64,000 bases of DNA, taken from NCBI GenBank assembly GCA_964498785.1, contig CAZCJL010000020.1, positions 4,946 through 68,945 on the forward strand, in the 5' to 3' direction. The notes under the pieces were generated by a model. It was not told the DNA's origin. It ran no database searches and worked only from the letters and a program-made list of their open reading frames with translations. This stretch comes from an uncultured Cytophagia bacterium (GTDB lineage Bacteria > Zhuqueibacterota > Zhuqueibacteria > Thermofontimicrobiales > Thiofontviventaceae). Both the position numbers and the translations under genes were made by a program. Position 1 is the stretch's first letter. Each line of letters opens with the position of its first letter. Positions 46,073 through 55,451 of the stretch are shown here, piece after piece.

Positions 46073-47017
46073 TTATGTGATTGCAAATTTTTCCAATTCC
46101 GGGAAAATAACACGCTCCTGCTTTTTATTCATAAATTCGTTCATTTCCTGTTGCTGTATCGGAGCAGTGGCGCCGGCTTTTGAAGCAGTCAGCGCACCAA
46201 GTATATTCCCAAAATTACATGCTTCAGTTAATGGCTTTTCACGTAAAATTTTATACACAAATCCGGCAGAAAATGCATCACCGGCGCCGAGAGAATCCAC
46301 TAATTTTATTTTATAGCCCACGGCATAAACACGTTCTCCAAATTCAGACATGGCAAACGCGCCTTTCTCTGCGCATGTTACAAGACAATATTTTAGCGCC
46401 CATTTTTCAATCATTTCTTCACAAAAATGTGGAATCGAAGGATGTGGCACATTCATCAGCCCGGAAAGCTTCAATGCCTCTTCTTCATTCAATTTCAGTA
46501 CATCTGCATTCTGCAAAGAAAAAGTGATCGTTTCCGGGCTATAGCATAATTTGCGCAGATTAATATCCAGAAATTTAAGGCTGTTAACAGATTTTTCGAG
46601 AAGTTGTTTGAGAGTTTGACGTGAGGTATCAGATCGTTGCGCGAGCGTTCCGAAGCAAGTGCACTCCGCACGTTCTGCAATCTGCGCGAGGGAATCGGTC
46701 ATTTTGATATAATCATACGCGACGCCGGGATTGATGACATAATCCGGATTATGCTGTGCATCGAAACTAACATCCACCGTGCCGGTAGGAAATTCATCAT
46801 CCTGTCCCAAAAACGTCGTTTCGATGCCCAATGCTTTAACATGTTCCAGCGCCTCTTGTCCCAACCTGTCCTTTCCCAGCTTACTGACAATGATGCCTCT
46901 GTCACCAAGCGAATTGATTCGATAAGCAAAATTAAATGGCGCTCCCCCCAAAATCGAATTGTCCGGCAAAATATCCCATAAAATTTCGCCAAAAGAAAGA
47001 ATTGTCTTTTTATCCAT
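46073..47017 (-). CDS. PfkB-family carbohydrate kinase (fructokinase-like)
   Basis: ILSFGEILWDILP…GGAPFNFAY at the N-terminus and the DSLGAGDAFSAGFVY anion-hole/ATP motif near the C-terminus. Confidence 0.75.
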   Translation of the reverse strand: MDKKTILSFGEILWDILPDNSILGGAPFNFAYRINSLGDRGIIVSKLGKDRLGQEALEHVKALGIETTFLGQDDEFPTGTVDVSFDAQHNPDYVINPGVAYDYIKMTDSLAQIAERAECTCFGTLAQRSDTSRQTLKQLLEKSVNSLKFLDINLRKLCYSPETITFSLQNADVLKLNEEEALKLSGLMNVPHPSIPHFCEEMIEKWALKYCLVTCAEKGAFAMSEFGERVYAVGYKIKLVDSLGAGDAFSAGFVYKILREKPLTEACNFGNILGALTASKAGATAPIQQQEMNEFMNKKQERVIFPELEKFAIT

Positions 47018-47665
47018 TTATTTCGGTACCTTCTCCCAATCTTTAATAAATTGAGCAAGACCATTATCTGTGAGCGGATGTTGGTACATCTGGAAAAATA
47101 ATGCGTCAGGAACTGTCGCGATATCCGCGCCAACGCGCAACGAGTCCAGAACATGATTCTGTGTTTTTAAACTGGCTGCCAGTACTTCTGATTTAAATCC
47201 ATAATTTTGTTTGATGGTCACCGCATCCTGCAACAGAACAATACTTTCATTTGCCACAGCGTCCAATCGGCTAAGAACGATGCTCACAAAAGTTGCTCCG
47301 GCTTTCATTGCCAGAAAAACCTGAGTGGATGAGAAAATCATCGTCACATTCGTTTTTATGTTTAATTCATGGGACAGAACCGGCACTGCACGCAGTCCTT
47401 CAAAATTCATCGGTATCTTGATGGCGATATTTGGCGCGATCGCCGCGATTTCCTGTGCTTCTTTAATCATGCCTTCTGCATCATCAGCCATCACTTCTGC
47501 GCTTATCGGACCGGGTACAATGCTGGAAATTTCTTTCACAACATCACGAAACTTTCCGCCGGATTTTAATATATGGGTTGGATTTGTTGTCACGCCGTCA
47601 ATCAGGCCGGATCGAGCCGCTTTTTTAATCACATCAATATTTGCCGTATCCAAAAATATTTTCAT
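47018..47665 (-). CDS. Short-type transaldolase / fructose-6-phosphate aldolase (TalC/FSA family)
   Basis: 215 aa. MKIFLDTANIDVIKKA…GVTTNP, Schiff-base Lys region IAIKIPM, and C-terminal HPLTDNGLAQFIKDWEK. Near-colinear with B. subtilis Tal and E. coli FsaA. Confidence 0.75.
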   Translation of the reverse strand: MKIFLDTANIDVIKKAARSGLIDGVTTNPTHILKSGGKFRDVVKEISSIVPGPISAEVMADDAEGMIKEAQEIAAIAPNIAIKIPMNFEGLRAVPVLSHELNIKTNVTMIFSSTQVFLAMKAGATFVSIVLSRLDAVANESIVLLQDAVTIKQNYGFKSEVLAASLKTQNHVLDSLRVGADIATVPDALFFQMYQHPLTDNGLAQFIKDWEKVPK

Positions 47666-47748
47666 TGTATTCTCCTTTTCAACTCGTGTGTCTTGTTAAA
47701 ACTTTTGTCATTATCTAAATTCTTCTTAAGCCGAATGGCTACTGTTTT

Positions 47749-48459
47749 TTATTTTGTCAGTTTGCGCAGGTTATCAACCGTCACCTGGACGTTTGGTGGA
47801 TCACCAAGCTCATTTACAACCTGATCTGATTCTGCAAAATCTTCTTTTTGTGTATACCCGTTTGTTGTTATTACGCACTGCATCCCGGCGGCTTTAGCCG
47901 CAAGCAGACCATTCCGGCTATCTTCGATGACCACGCACTCTTTCGGGTTAAGCTGTAATTTTTTCGTGGCCAGATTGTATATTTCAGGATCCGGCTTTTT
48001 CTTTGAAACGACATCTCCGGCAAAAATTTTACTGAAATGTTTTTTCCGTTCCTCGCCCAACAACTTGCTCACAATCAAATTCACAGCCCGTTCATTTGAG
48101 GTTGAACATACTGCCAAAACGAGACCTGCTTCAATCGCCTCATCCACAATTCGGGCCACACCGGGTCGCAATTGCAATTCACCGGATTCGATGATCTGCA
48201 TAAATAAATCTGTTTTCAATTTATGTAATTCTTTAATGAGCGCATCTTTATCACTTGTTCCCGGCGGCCATGTTGTTTGGTTGAAATAGTGGCGCATCCG
48301 TTCTTTTCCGCCTGCTACTTTCAAAAGATCACCATATAAATCAACACTCCATTCGACATCATATCCTTTTTTCACAAATGCCCTGTTAAAAGCAACCCGA
48401 TGGCCATCCCGCTCCGTATCCACCAGCACACCATCGCAATCAAAAATTAATGCCTTCAT
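47749..48459 (-). CDS. HAD-IA hydrolase, CbbY-like sugar-phosphate phosphatase
   Basis: MKALIFDCDGVLVDTERDGHRVAFNRAF closely matches the CbbY N-terminus (DxDG nucleophile motif). Later …KKPDPEIY and …EDSRNGLLAAKAAGM (HAD motifs III/IV). Confidence 0.7.
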   Translation of the reverse strand: MKALIFDCDGVLVDTERDGHRVAFNRAFVKKGYDVEWSVDLYGDLLKVAGGKERMRHYFNQTTWPPGTSDKDALIKELHKLKTDLFMQIIESGELQLRPGVARIVDEAIEAGLVLAVCSTSNERAVNLIVSKLLGEERKKHFSKIFAGDVVSKKKPDPEIYNLATKKLQLNPKECVVIEDSRNGLLAAKAAGMQCVITTNGYTQKEDFAESDQVVNELGDPPNVQVTVDNLRKLTK

Positions 48460-49682
48460 TGTACTAGTCCTTTATTTTTTTGATCAAATTGTTCCAGATA
48501 TTCTTTAATTGAATTCAAAAATTGGGCGGCGTAGCTACCGTCCACGGCACGATGATCGCACGCGATGCTCATGTTCATCACATTGGCGATACCAATGCTG
48601 TTCCTGTCGCGAACAACCACTTTTTGATCAATTTTTCCGATTCCCAAAATTCCGCACTCCGGCGGATTGATGATCGGTACAAAACTATTGATCGCATACA
48701 TCCCCAAATTGCTGATTGTGAACGTACCGACAGCCGGTGTTTTAAGAACGCCCTGTCGGGCGCCTTCTGCATTTTCTCTTGAAATCCTGCTGATTTCTAA
48801 CAGTGATTTTTCGTTTGTTCTGGGAATCACTGGTACGATTAACCCATCTTCCACCGAAACTGCCACCCCGACATTAATATCCGTCCGTAACACGATTTTA
48901 TTTTCAATGACATGGGCATTCAATCGGGGGTATTTTTCCAGCGACGCAGCCACTGCTTTTACAATCATGTCATTCACAGTGATTTTATCACTGGCATTTT
49001 TATTGAAAACAGCTCGCCATTCCAGCGCTGTGGTCATGTCGATATCAATAAACAAATAAAAATGCGGAATCGTTCGTTTGCTTGTAATAAGCCGTTCGGC
49101 GATCTTTTGCCGCATTTTTGAGAACGGAATTTCCTGATCTGCTGCTGTAACAATTGTCTCTTCAGCTTCTGGCGTGGATATCCCCTTGCCATCATCAGTA
49201 TCAGCAGATTTCGTTGCGGCTGCAAGCACATCCTTTTTGACAATACGCCCACCAGGACCCGTGCCCTGAATTTTATTCAACTCAATCCCCTGCTCTTTTG
49301 CCACTCGCCGCGCAGATGGGGATGCGAAAACACGGCTCGATGATTTCCGGATATCAATTCCCTCCTTAGAATCTTCTGCCGGTTCTTTTTCATCAGCCTG
49401 ATCGGTTTTCGTAACGAAATCTTCGTCATCCGAGACAGTCTCTCCCTGTTCACCAATATAGGCGATCGGTTGAAATGTTTTGATTTCTTCAGCGGGTTCA
49501 AATAGAATTTTCAAAATATAACCGGACTCGTACACTTCCAGATCGAATGTTGCTTTTTCCGATTCGATAGAGGCGATAATGTCGCCTTTTTCCACATAAT
49601 CTCCTTCTTTCACAAACCATTCGCCAATAAATCCGGATTCCACATCCTGACCAACCTGCGGCATTTTCACTGGATTCGCCAT
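48456..49682 (-). CDS. 2-oxoacid/acetoin dehydrogenase complex E2 (dihydrolipoamide acyltransferase)
   Basis: 408 aa. Lipoyl domain with the lipoyl-Lys in IESEKATFDLE, peripheral-subunit-binding domain SPSARRVAKEQGIELNKIQGTGPGGRI, and catalytic DHRAVDG. Confidence 0.8.
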   Translation of the reverse strand: MANPVKMPQVGQDVESGFIGEWFVKEGDYVEKGDIIASIESEKATFDLEVYESGYILKILFEPAEEIKTFQPIAYIGEQGETVSDDEDFVTKTDQADEKEPAEDSKEGIDIRKSSSRVFASPSARRVAKEQGIELNKIQGTGPGGRIVKKDVLAAATKSADTDDGKGISTPEAEETIVTAADQEIPFSKMRQKIAERLITSKRTIPHFYLFIDIDMTTALEWRAVFNKNASDKITVNDMIVKAVAASLEKYPRLNAHVIENKIVLRTDINVGVAVSVEDGLIVPVIPRTNEKSLLEISRISRENAEGARQGVLKTPAVGTFTISNLGMYAINSFVPIINPPECGILGIGKIDQKVVVRDRNSIGIANVMNMSIACDHRAVDGSYAAQFLNSIKEYLEQFDQKNKGLVQ

Positions 49683-49687
49683 TCTGC

Positions 49688-50545
49688 TTATTCTTCCTTT
49701 CCTGAACTTCCGAAAAATTCGATATTTTCTTTAACTTCTTTTTTTAACTGCTCATATTGGTCAGCCAGTACTTTCACCGGCTCATATTCGTTTGGATGCT
49801 CCTGATGATATTTTACAAATTCATTGATAAAAGCATGTTTTAACTGAGTGGATATATTTACCTTAGCACACCCCAGTGAAATACATTTGCGAAAAACATC
49901 CGACGAAAGCCCTGTTCCGCCATGAAGCGCCAATGGCACCGGAGTTCTGCCCGCAATCGTTTTTAATCGTTCGAAATCGATTTTGGGTTCGCCTTTATAA
50001 ACCCCGTGTGCAGTACCGATTGCCGGCGCAAAACATTGTAAATCAAGCGTCTGACAAAATCGCTCCGCTTTATCCGGATCCGCAAGATGTGCATCTTCCT
50101 CTGCAACGACTATATCATCTTCAACACCGCCAATTTCACCGAGCTCGGCTTCAACACTCACATTTGCTGGTTTTGCCATTTCCACAACCTGCCGTGTGAG
50201 TTCCATGTTTTTTTCAAACGGTTGAGAAGAAGCATCGATCATTACTGATGTCCAGCCCGCTTGAATACATTTTTGGATCATATCAAGATCTTTGCAATGA
50301 TCAAGATTCATGGCAACGGGAATTTTTACATTTTCTGAAAGTTGATGATACCAGGATACAATTGCATTGTATCCCCATAATTTCACTGTTTTTACTGAAA
50401 TTTGAACAATGACCGGCGCGTTTAAGTCGCTCGCAGCATCGACAACTGCTTTAAACGAATTATAATCCAGTATATTAAACGCACCAACTGCATATTTCCC
50501 ATCCCGGGCTTTTCGCAGCATGTCAGTCATATTTACAATAGCCAT
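49688..50545 (-). CDS. Class II (ketose-bisphosphate) aldolase family: fructose/tagatose-bisphosphate aldolase type
   Basis: 285 aa. MTDMLRKARDGKYAVGAFNILDYNS…NAPVIVQIS and …LDHCKD… / …ALHGGTGLS… are class II aldolase hallmarks. Confidence 0.8.
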   Translation of the reverse strand: MAIVNMTDMLRKARDGKYAVGAFNILDYNSFKAVVDAASDLNAPVIVQISVKTVKLWGYNAIVSWYHQLSENVKIPVAMNLDHCKDLDMIQKCIQAGWTSVMIDASSQPFEKNMELTRQVVEMAKPANVSVEAELGEIGGVEDDIVVAEEDAHLADPDKAERFCQTLDLQCFAPAIGTAHGVYKGEPKIDFERLKTIAGRTPVPLALHGGTGLSSDVFRKCISLGCAKVNISTQLKHAFINEFVKYHQEHPNEYEPVKVLADQYEQLKKEVKENIEFFGSSGKEE

Positions 50546-50863
50546 ATCACATCACCCTAATATAGTTATTTGTTAACTTCGACTTGAATTGAGCGATTGA
50601 CATTTAGTTATAAGAATTCAATTAATTAGAATGATAATTGTGTATCACCCATCAAATGAAATATTATAAACAAGCTAATTGCTTCTAAATTAAAAGCCAA
50701 AGGCTAAAAGCTAATAGCCAAACGCTGTTTTTAGATTCAAAAAAGAAAATTCAATCGTTCAATTTAGAAATTATCCTGAAAACCACAATTATAAATTTTA
50801 AATAATCCCCTGACTCTACCATGTACCTTCCGATAGAATCGGGAGACCGTATTTTAATATAAA

Positions 50864-52390
50864 TCATTCCTGTTGTTGAAGCTCTATTGCCTTGTAACCG
50901 CCTTTTGATCTAAAATAGAAGATCAACCCAAGATAACATAACAGCATAATTGCCGGAAAAATCGCAACGGTCATTAATGCATTTTTCTTTGCCGTATCAA
51001 CTAATCGCTTTACAATTCCTTTTTCCTCAGCAGTTAATATCGCTAATTTTGCCTGATTGATTGGCTGATACTTTCCGAACACACTACTTTCTTCCTGTCC
51101 GACGACTTTTTCATGCAAAATAATATTTTGATCGGCGAGATCCCTGTCAATTTGCCGGTCCTGAATATTTCCCAAAAATGCAGCGCCAATAACACCGACA
51201 GTTAACATACCAACTCCTGAAATCGTGTTCAGTGTAAGTGCGCCTCCTTTGGGAAATCGTTCGGCGACAACCCCCAACATTGTGGGCCAGAAAAAGGATT
51301 TACCGATGCCATATAATGTTGCCGCGATAAAAATCATAATTCCAACAGCTTTGGATAAAAACACCAGACCAATGATTGCCACAACACTGCAAATCGCCAG
51401 CGTTCCCAATGGGGTGAATTTATCTACTATCGGACCGGCGGAAAAGCGCATAATCATCATAATAAGTGATGTATAAACCAACACCCAACCAGCCTGCAAT
51501 CCGATGTCACCCATCACCGGCGTTAACAATTCCGTAATCCAGCTATCTGTGCCCAGTTCGGTAGTTGCCATTGGAATCATGATGAGTACGAGAAAAATAA
51601 ACATCGGCCTGCCAGGTGAACGTACGTAAACTGCGTATCCTATTATCAGCACGGCAGAAATAATAATTTGAGCGGTTAATGACCATGCGAAGACACGTCC
51701 CAGCTCGCGCACCATCATGACGACAATAATCGCCGCGCCCAATACTCCTGCTTCCTGCAACATCGCTTTGTAAGAAACGCCGGCTTTCACACGCTCGTGC
51801 ACCGGAAATTTGACACGCAGCATCATGACTCCGTAAATAATTGCGGGAATAAAAATCAAACCGACTTTCCATTTCCATTCAATTCCCGGTCCCATGATCA
51901 ATGCCAGCACGCCACCCAGTACAAGTCCGCCTGGCCATCCGGCATGTAAAATATTCAGCCATTTTGTCTTTTCCCTGGAAAATACAGTTGCCACGACCGG
52001 ATTGATCACTGCTTCCACCGTGCCATTTCCCAATGCAACGATGAAGGTTCCAATATATAACATCCAATAGCCATTGGCAAAAATGGTGAGAATTGCAGAA
52101 GTAATGTGACAAACAAACGCGAAAATCATCGCTCTGCCATAACCAATTTTATCAATGACAAAGCTGAACAGGACAATACTGATCGCAAAAGGCCATAAAC
52201 CAACGCCGAGCAACTCTCCTTTTTGTGTTTCGCTGAGATTAAACTCGACTCCCCAATCACCAATAATTTGCGTTCTGATAATAAATCCAAACGCAGTGGC
52301 AACCAGTGCGATGAAGCATGCCCAAAACAACCATTGCGGCTTCTCTTCAGCCAGTTCCCTGACCGAATCCTTTTTACCTGCCTGACTCAT
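50864..52390 (-). CDS. MFS-type transporter with a C-terminal cytoplasmic extension
   Basis: Start at the ATG at 52390 (MSQAGKK…), preceded by AGGAGG. ~12 TM, followed by a ~90-aa hydrophilic tail and a final hydrophobic segment. Confidence 0.6.
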   Translation of the reverse strand: MSQAGKKDSVRELAEEKPQWLFWACFIALVATAFGFIIRTQIIGDWGVEFNLSETQKGELLGVGLWPFAISIVLFSFVIDKIGYGRAMIFAFVCHITSAILTIFANGYWMLYIGTFIVALGNGTVEAVINPVVATVFSREKTKWLNILHAGWPGGLVLGGVLALIMGPGIEWKWKVGLIFIPAIIYGVMMLRVKFPVHERVKAGVSYKAMLQEAGVLGAAIIVVMMVRELGRVFAWSLTAQIIISAVLIIGYAVYVRSPGRPMFIFLVLIMIPMATTELGTDSWITELLTPVMGDIGLQAGWVLVYTSLIMMIMRFSAGPIVDKFTPLGTLAICSVVAIIGLVFLSKAVGIMIFIAATLYGIGKSFFWPTMLGVVAERFPKGGALTLNTISGVGMLTVGVIGAAFLGNIQDRQIDRDLADQNIILHEKVVGQEESSVFGKYQPINQAKLAILTAEEKGIVKRLVDTAKKNALMTVAIFPAIMLLCYLGLIFYFRSKGGYKAIELQQQE

Positions 52391-52461
52391 TCGTCCCTCC
52401 TCATTAATACACAATAATCTGAATTAAAAAATGACAAACGCAAAAAATTATATAACGTGAA

Positions 52462-53475
52462 TTATAATATTCTCTTTACAGCATCAATAATGTCATTTTC
52501 ATGCGGAACGCTTCGTTTTTCCAGATTTAAATTAAATGGTACGGGTGAATTCATTCCGGCGACAATTTCAATGGGAGCATCCAGATAATCGAACGCCTGT
52601 TGCTGAATGATAGACGCAATGTCCGAAGCAATTCCCCCTCTGCGAATTGCCTCCTGCACAATCACAACATGTTCGGTTTTGCGCACCGATTCTAAAATGG
52701 CGTCGCTATCCAAAGGGCTAAGCGTGCGCGGATCAACGACTTCCGCGTCAATGCCCTGTTGCGCCAGCGTTTCTGCCGCGGCCAGCGATTTTGGAACCAT
52801 ATTCGACCAGGCAATGATTGTCACATTGCTGCCGCTCCTTTTTATGTCAGCTTTGCCAAAATCGATGGTATAGTCTTCCGGCGGAACGTGCCCTTCCTGC
52901 ATATAAAGTAATTTATGTTCAATGAAAATCACCGGGTCATCGGCACGGATAGCAGTTTTCAGTAACCCTTTGGCATCATACGGCGTGGATGGCATCACGA
53001 CTTTCAAACCGGGGATATGATAGAAAATCGCTTCCAGACTTTGCGAATGCTGCGCTGCCAGTCCATTTCCAACGCCGCCCTGGGTTCTCATAACAATCGG
53101 AACTCGTCCGATACCACCGGTCATGAAATTGTATTTCGCCGCCTGATTTATCAACTGATCCAGCGTGAGCAACGTGAAATCCACAAACAATATTTCTACG
53201 ACCGGCCGCATTCCCGTGATTGCAGCGCCGATACCTGCACCGGTAAAACTCGCCTCGGCAATCGGGGTATCAATCACCCGTTGTGGTCCAAATTCCTTTA
53301 ATAAATCTACTGTTACTTTATATGAACCACCTCGTTCGGCGATTCCCTCTCCCATCAGGAATACCGTGGAATCACGCGTCATCTCTTCACGTAATGCTTC
53401 ATTCAGCGCTTCTCGATAAAGCAGCGGTCGTTGTGCTGTATTATTTTTTGATTTTGCTTTCGTTAGAACGGTCAT
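52462..53475 (-). CDS. TPP-dependent 2-oxoacid/acetoin dehydrogenase E1 component, beta subunit
   Basis: 337 aa. …VFLMGEGI…GSYKVT…EFGPQRVIDTPIAEASFTGAGIGAA… is a canonical E1-beta (transketolase-like Pyr and C-terminal domains). Confidence 0.85.
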   Translation of the reverse strand: MTVLTKAKSKNNTAQRPLLYREALNEALREEMTRDSTVFLMGEGIAERGGSYKVTVDLLKEFGPQRVIDTPIAEASFTGAGIGAAITGMRPVVEILFVDFTLLTLDQLINQAAKYNFMTGGIGRVPIVMRTQGGVGNGLAAQHSQSLEAIFYHIPGLKVVMPSTPYDAKGLLKTAIRADDPVIFIEHKLLYMQEGHVPPEDYTIDFGKADIKRSGSNVTIIAWSNMVPKSLAAAETLAQQGIDAEVVDPRTLSPLDSDAILESVRKTEHVVIVQEAIRRGGIASDIASIIQQQAFDYLDAPIEIVAGMNSPVPFNLNLEKRSVPHENDIIDAVKRIL

Positions 53476-53486
53476 TTTTTGCTCCG

Positions 53487-54446
53487 TTAATAATCCATTA
53501 CCATTTGATTAAATTCCGCAAAGGTCAGCTCCGGACTTTTTTTCGCAAATTCAATTGCCTGCTCCATGTTCGCTTCTACCTCTTTTTCAATCTGCTCAAT
53601 CTCAGATTCGCTCATTTTTCCTTCTTCTCTGAGATAATCTTTTGCTACACTTACCGGATCCTTTGATTTGAAATATTCGAGACGATCTTTGGGCATGTAT
53701 GCACCGGGATCGTTCACATGATGCCCGCCATGCCGATAGGTTTTTGATTCAATCAGTACCGGACCTTTTCCCTGAACGCATAAATCACGGGCTTCTCTTG
53801 TTTGTTCAAGAACTTTAATAACATCATTTCCATCTACCGAAAATGATCGCACGCCATATCCTGCCGCTCGTTCGTACAGGTTTGGATTCCGGCTCGATTC
53901 TTCAATGGGGGTTGATACGGCATAATGATTATTTTCAAGAAGAAATATAACAGGTAGATTCCATATTGCAGCCAAATTCAGTGATTCGGCAAAAACGCCG
54001 TTATTAGCCGCCCCATCTGAAAAGAAAATGACAACGACCCTTTTTTCTTTACGGATGGAAATTCCGAGAGCAGCTCCGACTCCGATGGGAATGCCGCCAC
54101 CCACGATGCCGTTTGCGCCAAGATTACCAACCTGAACATCGGCGATATGCATAGATCCTCCCAGTCCGCGACAGTAACCAGTCTTTTTGCCTAATAATTC
54201 AGCAACCATTCTATCGATGTTCGCACCGCGTGCAATGCAGTGTCCATGACCACGATGCGTGCTAATGATATAATCATCATCGTTTAACGCCGCACAGACG
54301 CCAACAGCAGTGGCCTCTTCGCCAAGATACGGGTGAAAATATCCTCTGATCAATCCCTGTCGGTATAATTTAATACATTCCGTTTCAAAGACCCGAATAG
54401 TATAAATCGTGTGAAATAATTGCTTTAATAAATCTTTCTCGTACAT
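53487..54446 (-). CDS. TPP-dependent 2-oxoacid/acetoin dehydrogenase E1 component, alpha subunit
   Basis: 319 aa. …THRGHGHCIARG…GGSMHIAD…GIVGGGIPIGVGAA…FFSDGAANNGVF…ENNHYAVSTP carries the TPP-binding GDG-X-N signature. Confidence 0.85.
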   Translation of the reverse strand: MYEKDLLKQLFHTIYTIRVFETECIKLYRQGLIRGYFHPYLGEEATAVGVCAALNDDDYIISTHRGHGHCIARGANIDRMVAELLGKKTGYCRGLGGSMHIADVQVGNLGANGIVGGGIPIGVGAALGISIRKEKRVVVIFFSDGAANNGVFAESLNLAAIWNLPVIFLLENNHYAVSTPIEESSRNPNLYERAAGYGVRSFSVDGNDVIKVLEQTREARDLCVQGKGPVLIESKTYRHGGHHVNDPGAYMPKDRLEYFKSKDPVSVAKDYLREEGKMSESEIEQIEKEVEANMEQAIEFAKKSPELTFAEFNQMVMDY

Positions 54447-54565
54447 AGTATCTCCGTTTTTTTCTAATCAGATTTCCATGCGAATGGGGCTGTATATTTT
54501 CTTATATGAAAAGCGGTTCAATATTTAAAACACTAACTTAACGCTAAAAGTGTTAATAAAAAAAA

Positions 54566-55291
54566 TCAGGTCGCTCTGACAGTAAATTTATATTTGTCGC
54601 CGCGATAAATCGATTTTTCCATTTCCAAAATCATTTCTTTCCCACAAAATGTAACGCCTTCAATCAGGAACGCAGGTGTAGCTTCTTTGACATCGAAAAA
54701 TTCTTTGATTCCTGTATTCATCATAATGGCGCTTAGCTCCTGGACGACTTCAGAAAGGCGGAGTTTGTATATTTTCTCATAAACATTATCATACAAAGAG
54801 CCGCTAAAATCCTGATTTTCGATATCCGGGCAAAACTGTTTGTTTATGTACCGAACTTCCATCATCATGGGAATATTGTTTGCGTATCGCAGACGATGAA
54901 TTTTGAAAACAGGTCCTTTGATAGTGTACTTGCGCCCACTGATGAGAGCAGAGTATCCATCCGCTATTTCCTTTGTCTCCAAAATTTTTGTGGAAGGTGT
55001 ATAACCCGCCTCAATCATATTTTTTGTAAAACTCAAAATTCGGGTAGCCGACCGCTCTATTGTATTTCTCTGGACAAAAGTGCCTTTGCCTTTAATCTTT
55101 AATGCCCATCCCAAAGATTCAATTTCATTTAGAATCTTACGGGCAGTGGTATTACTCACTTCATATTTTTTAACAATTTCGTTTTCAGAGGGAACACGCA
55201 TTCCCGGTAGTAATTCACCGGTCTGAATTTTTTCAATTATCTCTCGACTGATTTGATAATACAGAGGGAGATTGTGGTCTCTTGCATTCAT
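54566..55291 (-). CDS. GntR-family transcriptional regulator, HutC/UTRA subfamily
   Basis: 241 aa. N-terminal wHTH LPSENEIVKKYEVSNTTARKILNEIESLGWALKIKGKGTFV and a C-terminal UTRA-like effector domain. Sits at the head of the minus-strand catabolic locus. Confidence 0.8.
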   Translation of the reverse strand: MNARDHNLPLYYQISREIIEKIQTGELLPGMRVPSENEIVKKYEVSNTTARKILNEIESLGWALKIKGKGTFVQRNTIERSATRILSFTKNMIEAGYTPSTKILETKEIADGYSALISGRKYTIKGPVFKIHRLRYANNIPMMMEVRYINKQFCPDIENQDFSGSLYDNVYEKIYKLRLSEVVQELSAIMMNTGIKEFFDVKEATPAFLIEGVTFCGKEMILEMEKSIYRGDKYKFTVRAT

Positions 55292-55451
55292 TGTTTTTCT
55301 GATTGTTAAGTTAACGCTCTAACCTGTTAACATATTATAATAATAATTTTTGATTTTGTCAATACTTTTTTTCCATCAAAAAAGCCCTGTACCTATCATT
55401 AATTTAATAGAATCAGGGCTTTTAATAAAATTGATTCATGTAATATTTTTT

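Noticed and set aside
50690-50725. Short reiterated AAAGCYAA units (aaaagccaaaggctaaaagctaatagccaaacgctg) in the intergenic region upstream of the class II aldolase gene
   Set aside because: There are only about four imperfect copies in 36 nt. That is too short and too degenerate to call a repeat element or CRISPR-like array. It could be a regulator binding site but evidence is insufficient.
54524-54559. Hairpin AACACT-N14-AGTGTT followed by an A-run, as a terminator for the GntR gene
   Set aside because: The orientation is wrong. For the minus-strand GntR gene the U-run would precede the stem, and for the plus strand it is an A-run rather than a T-run. It is a short 6-bp stem with a 14-nt loop and is probably not a functional intrinsic terminator.
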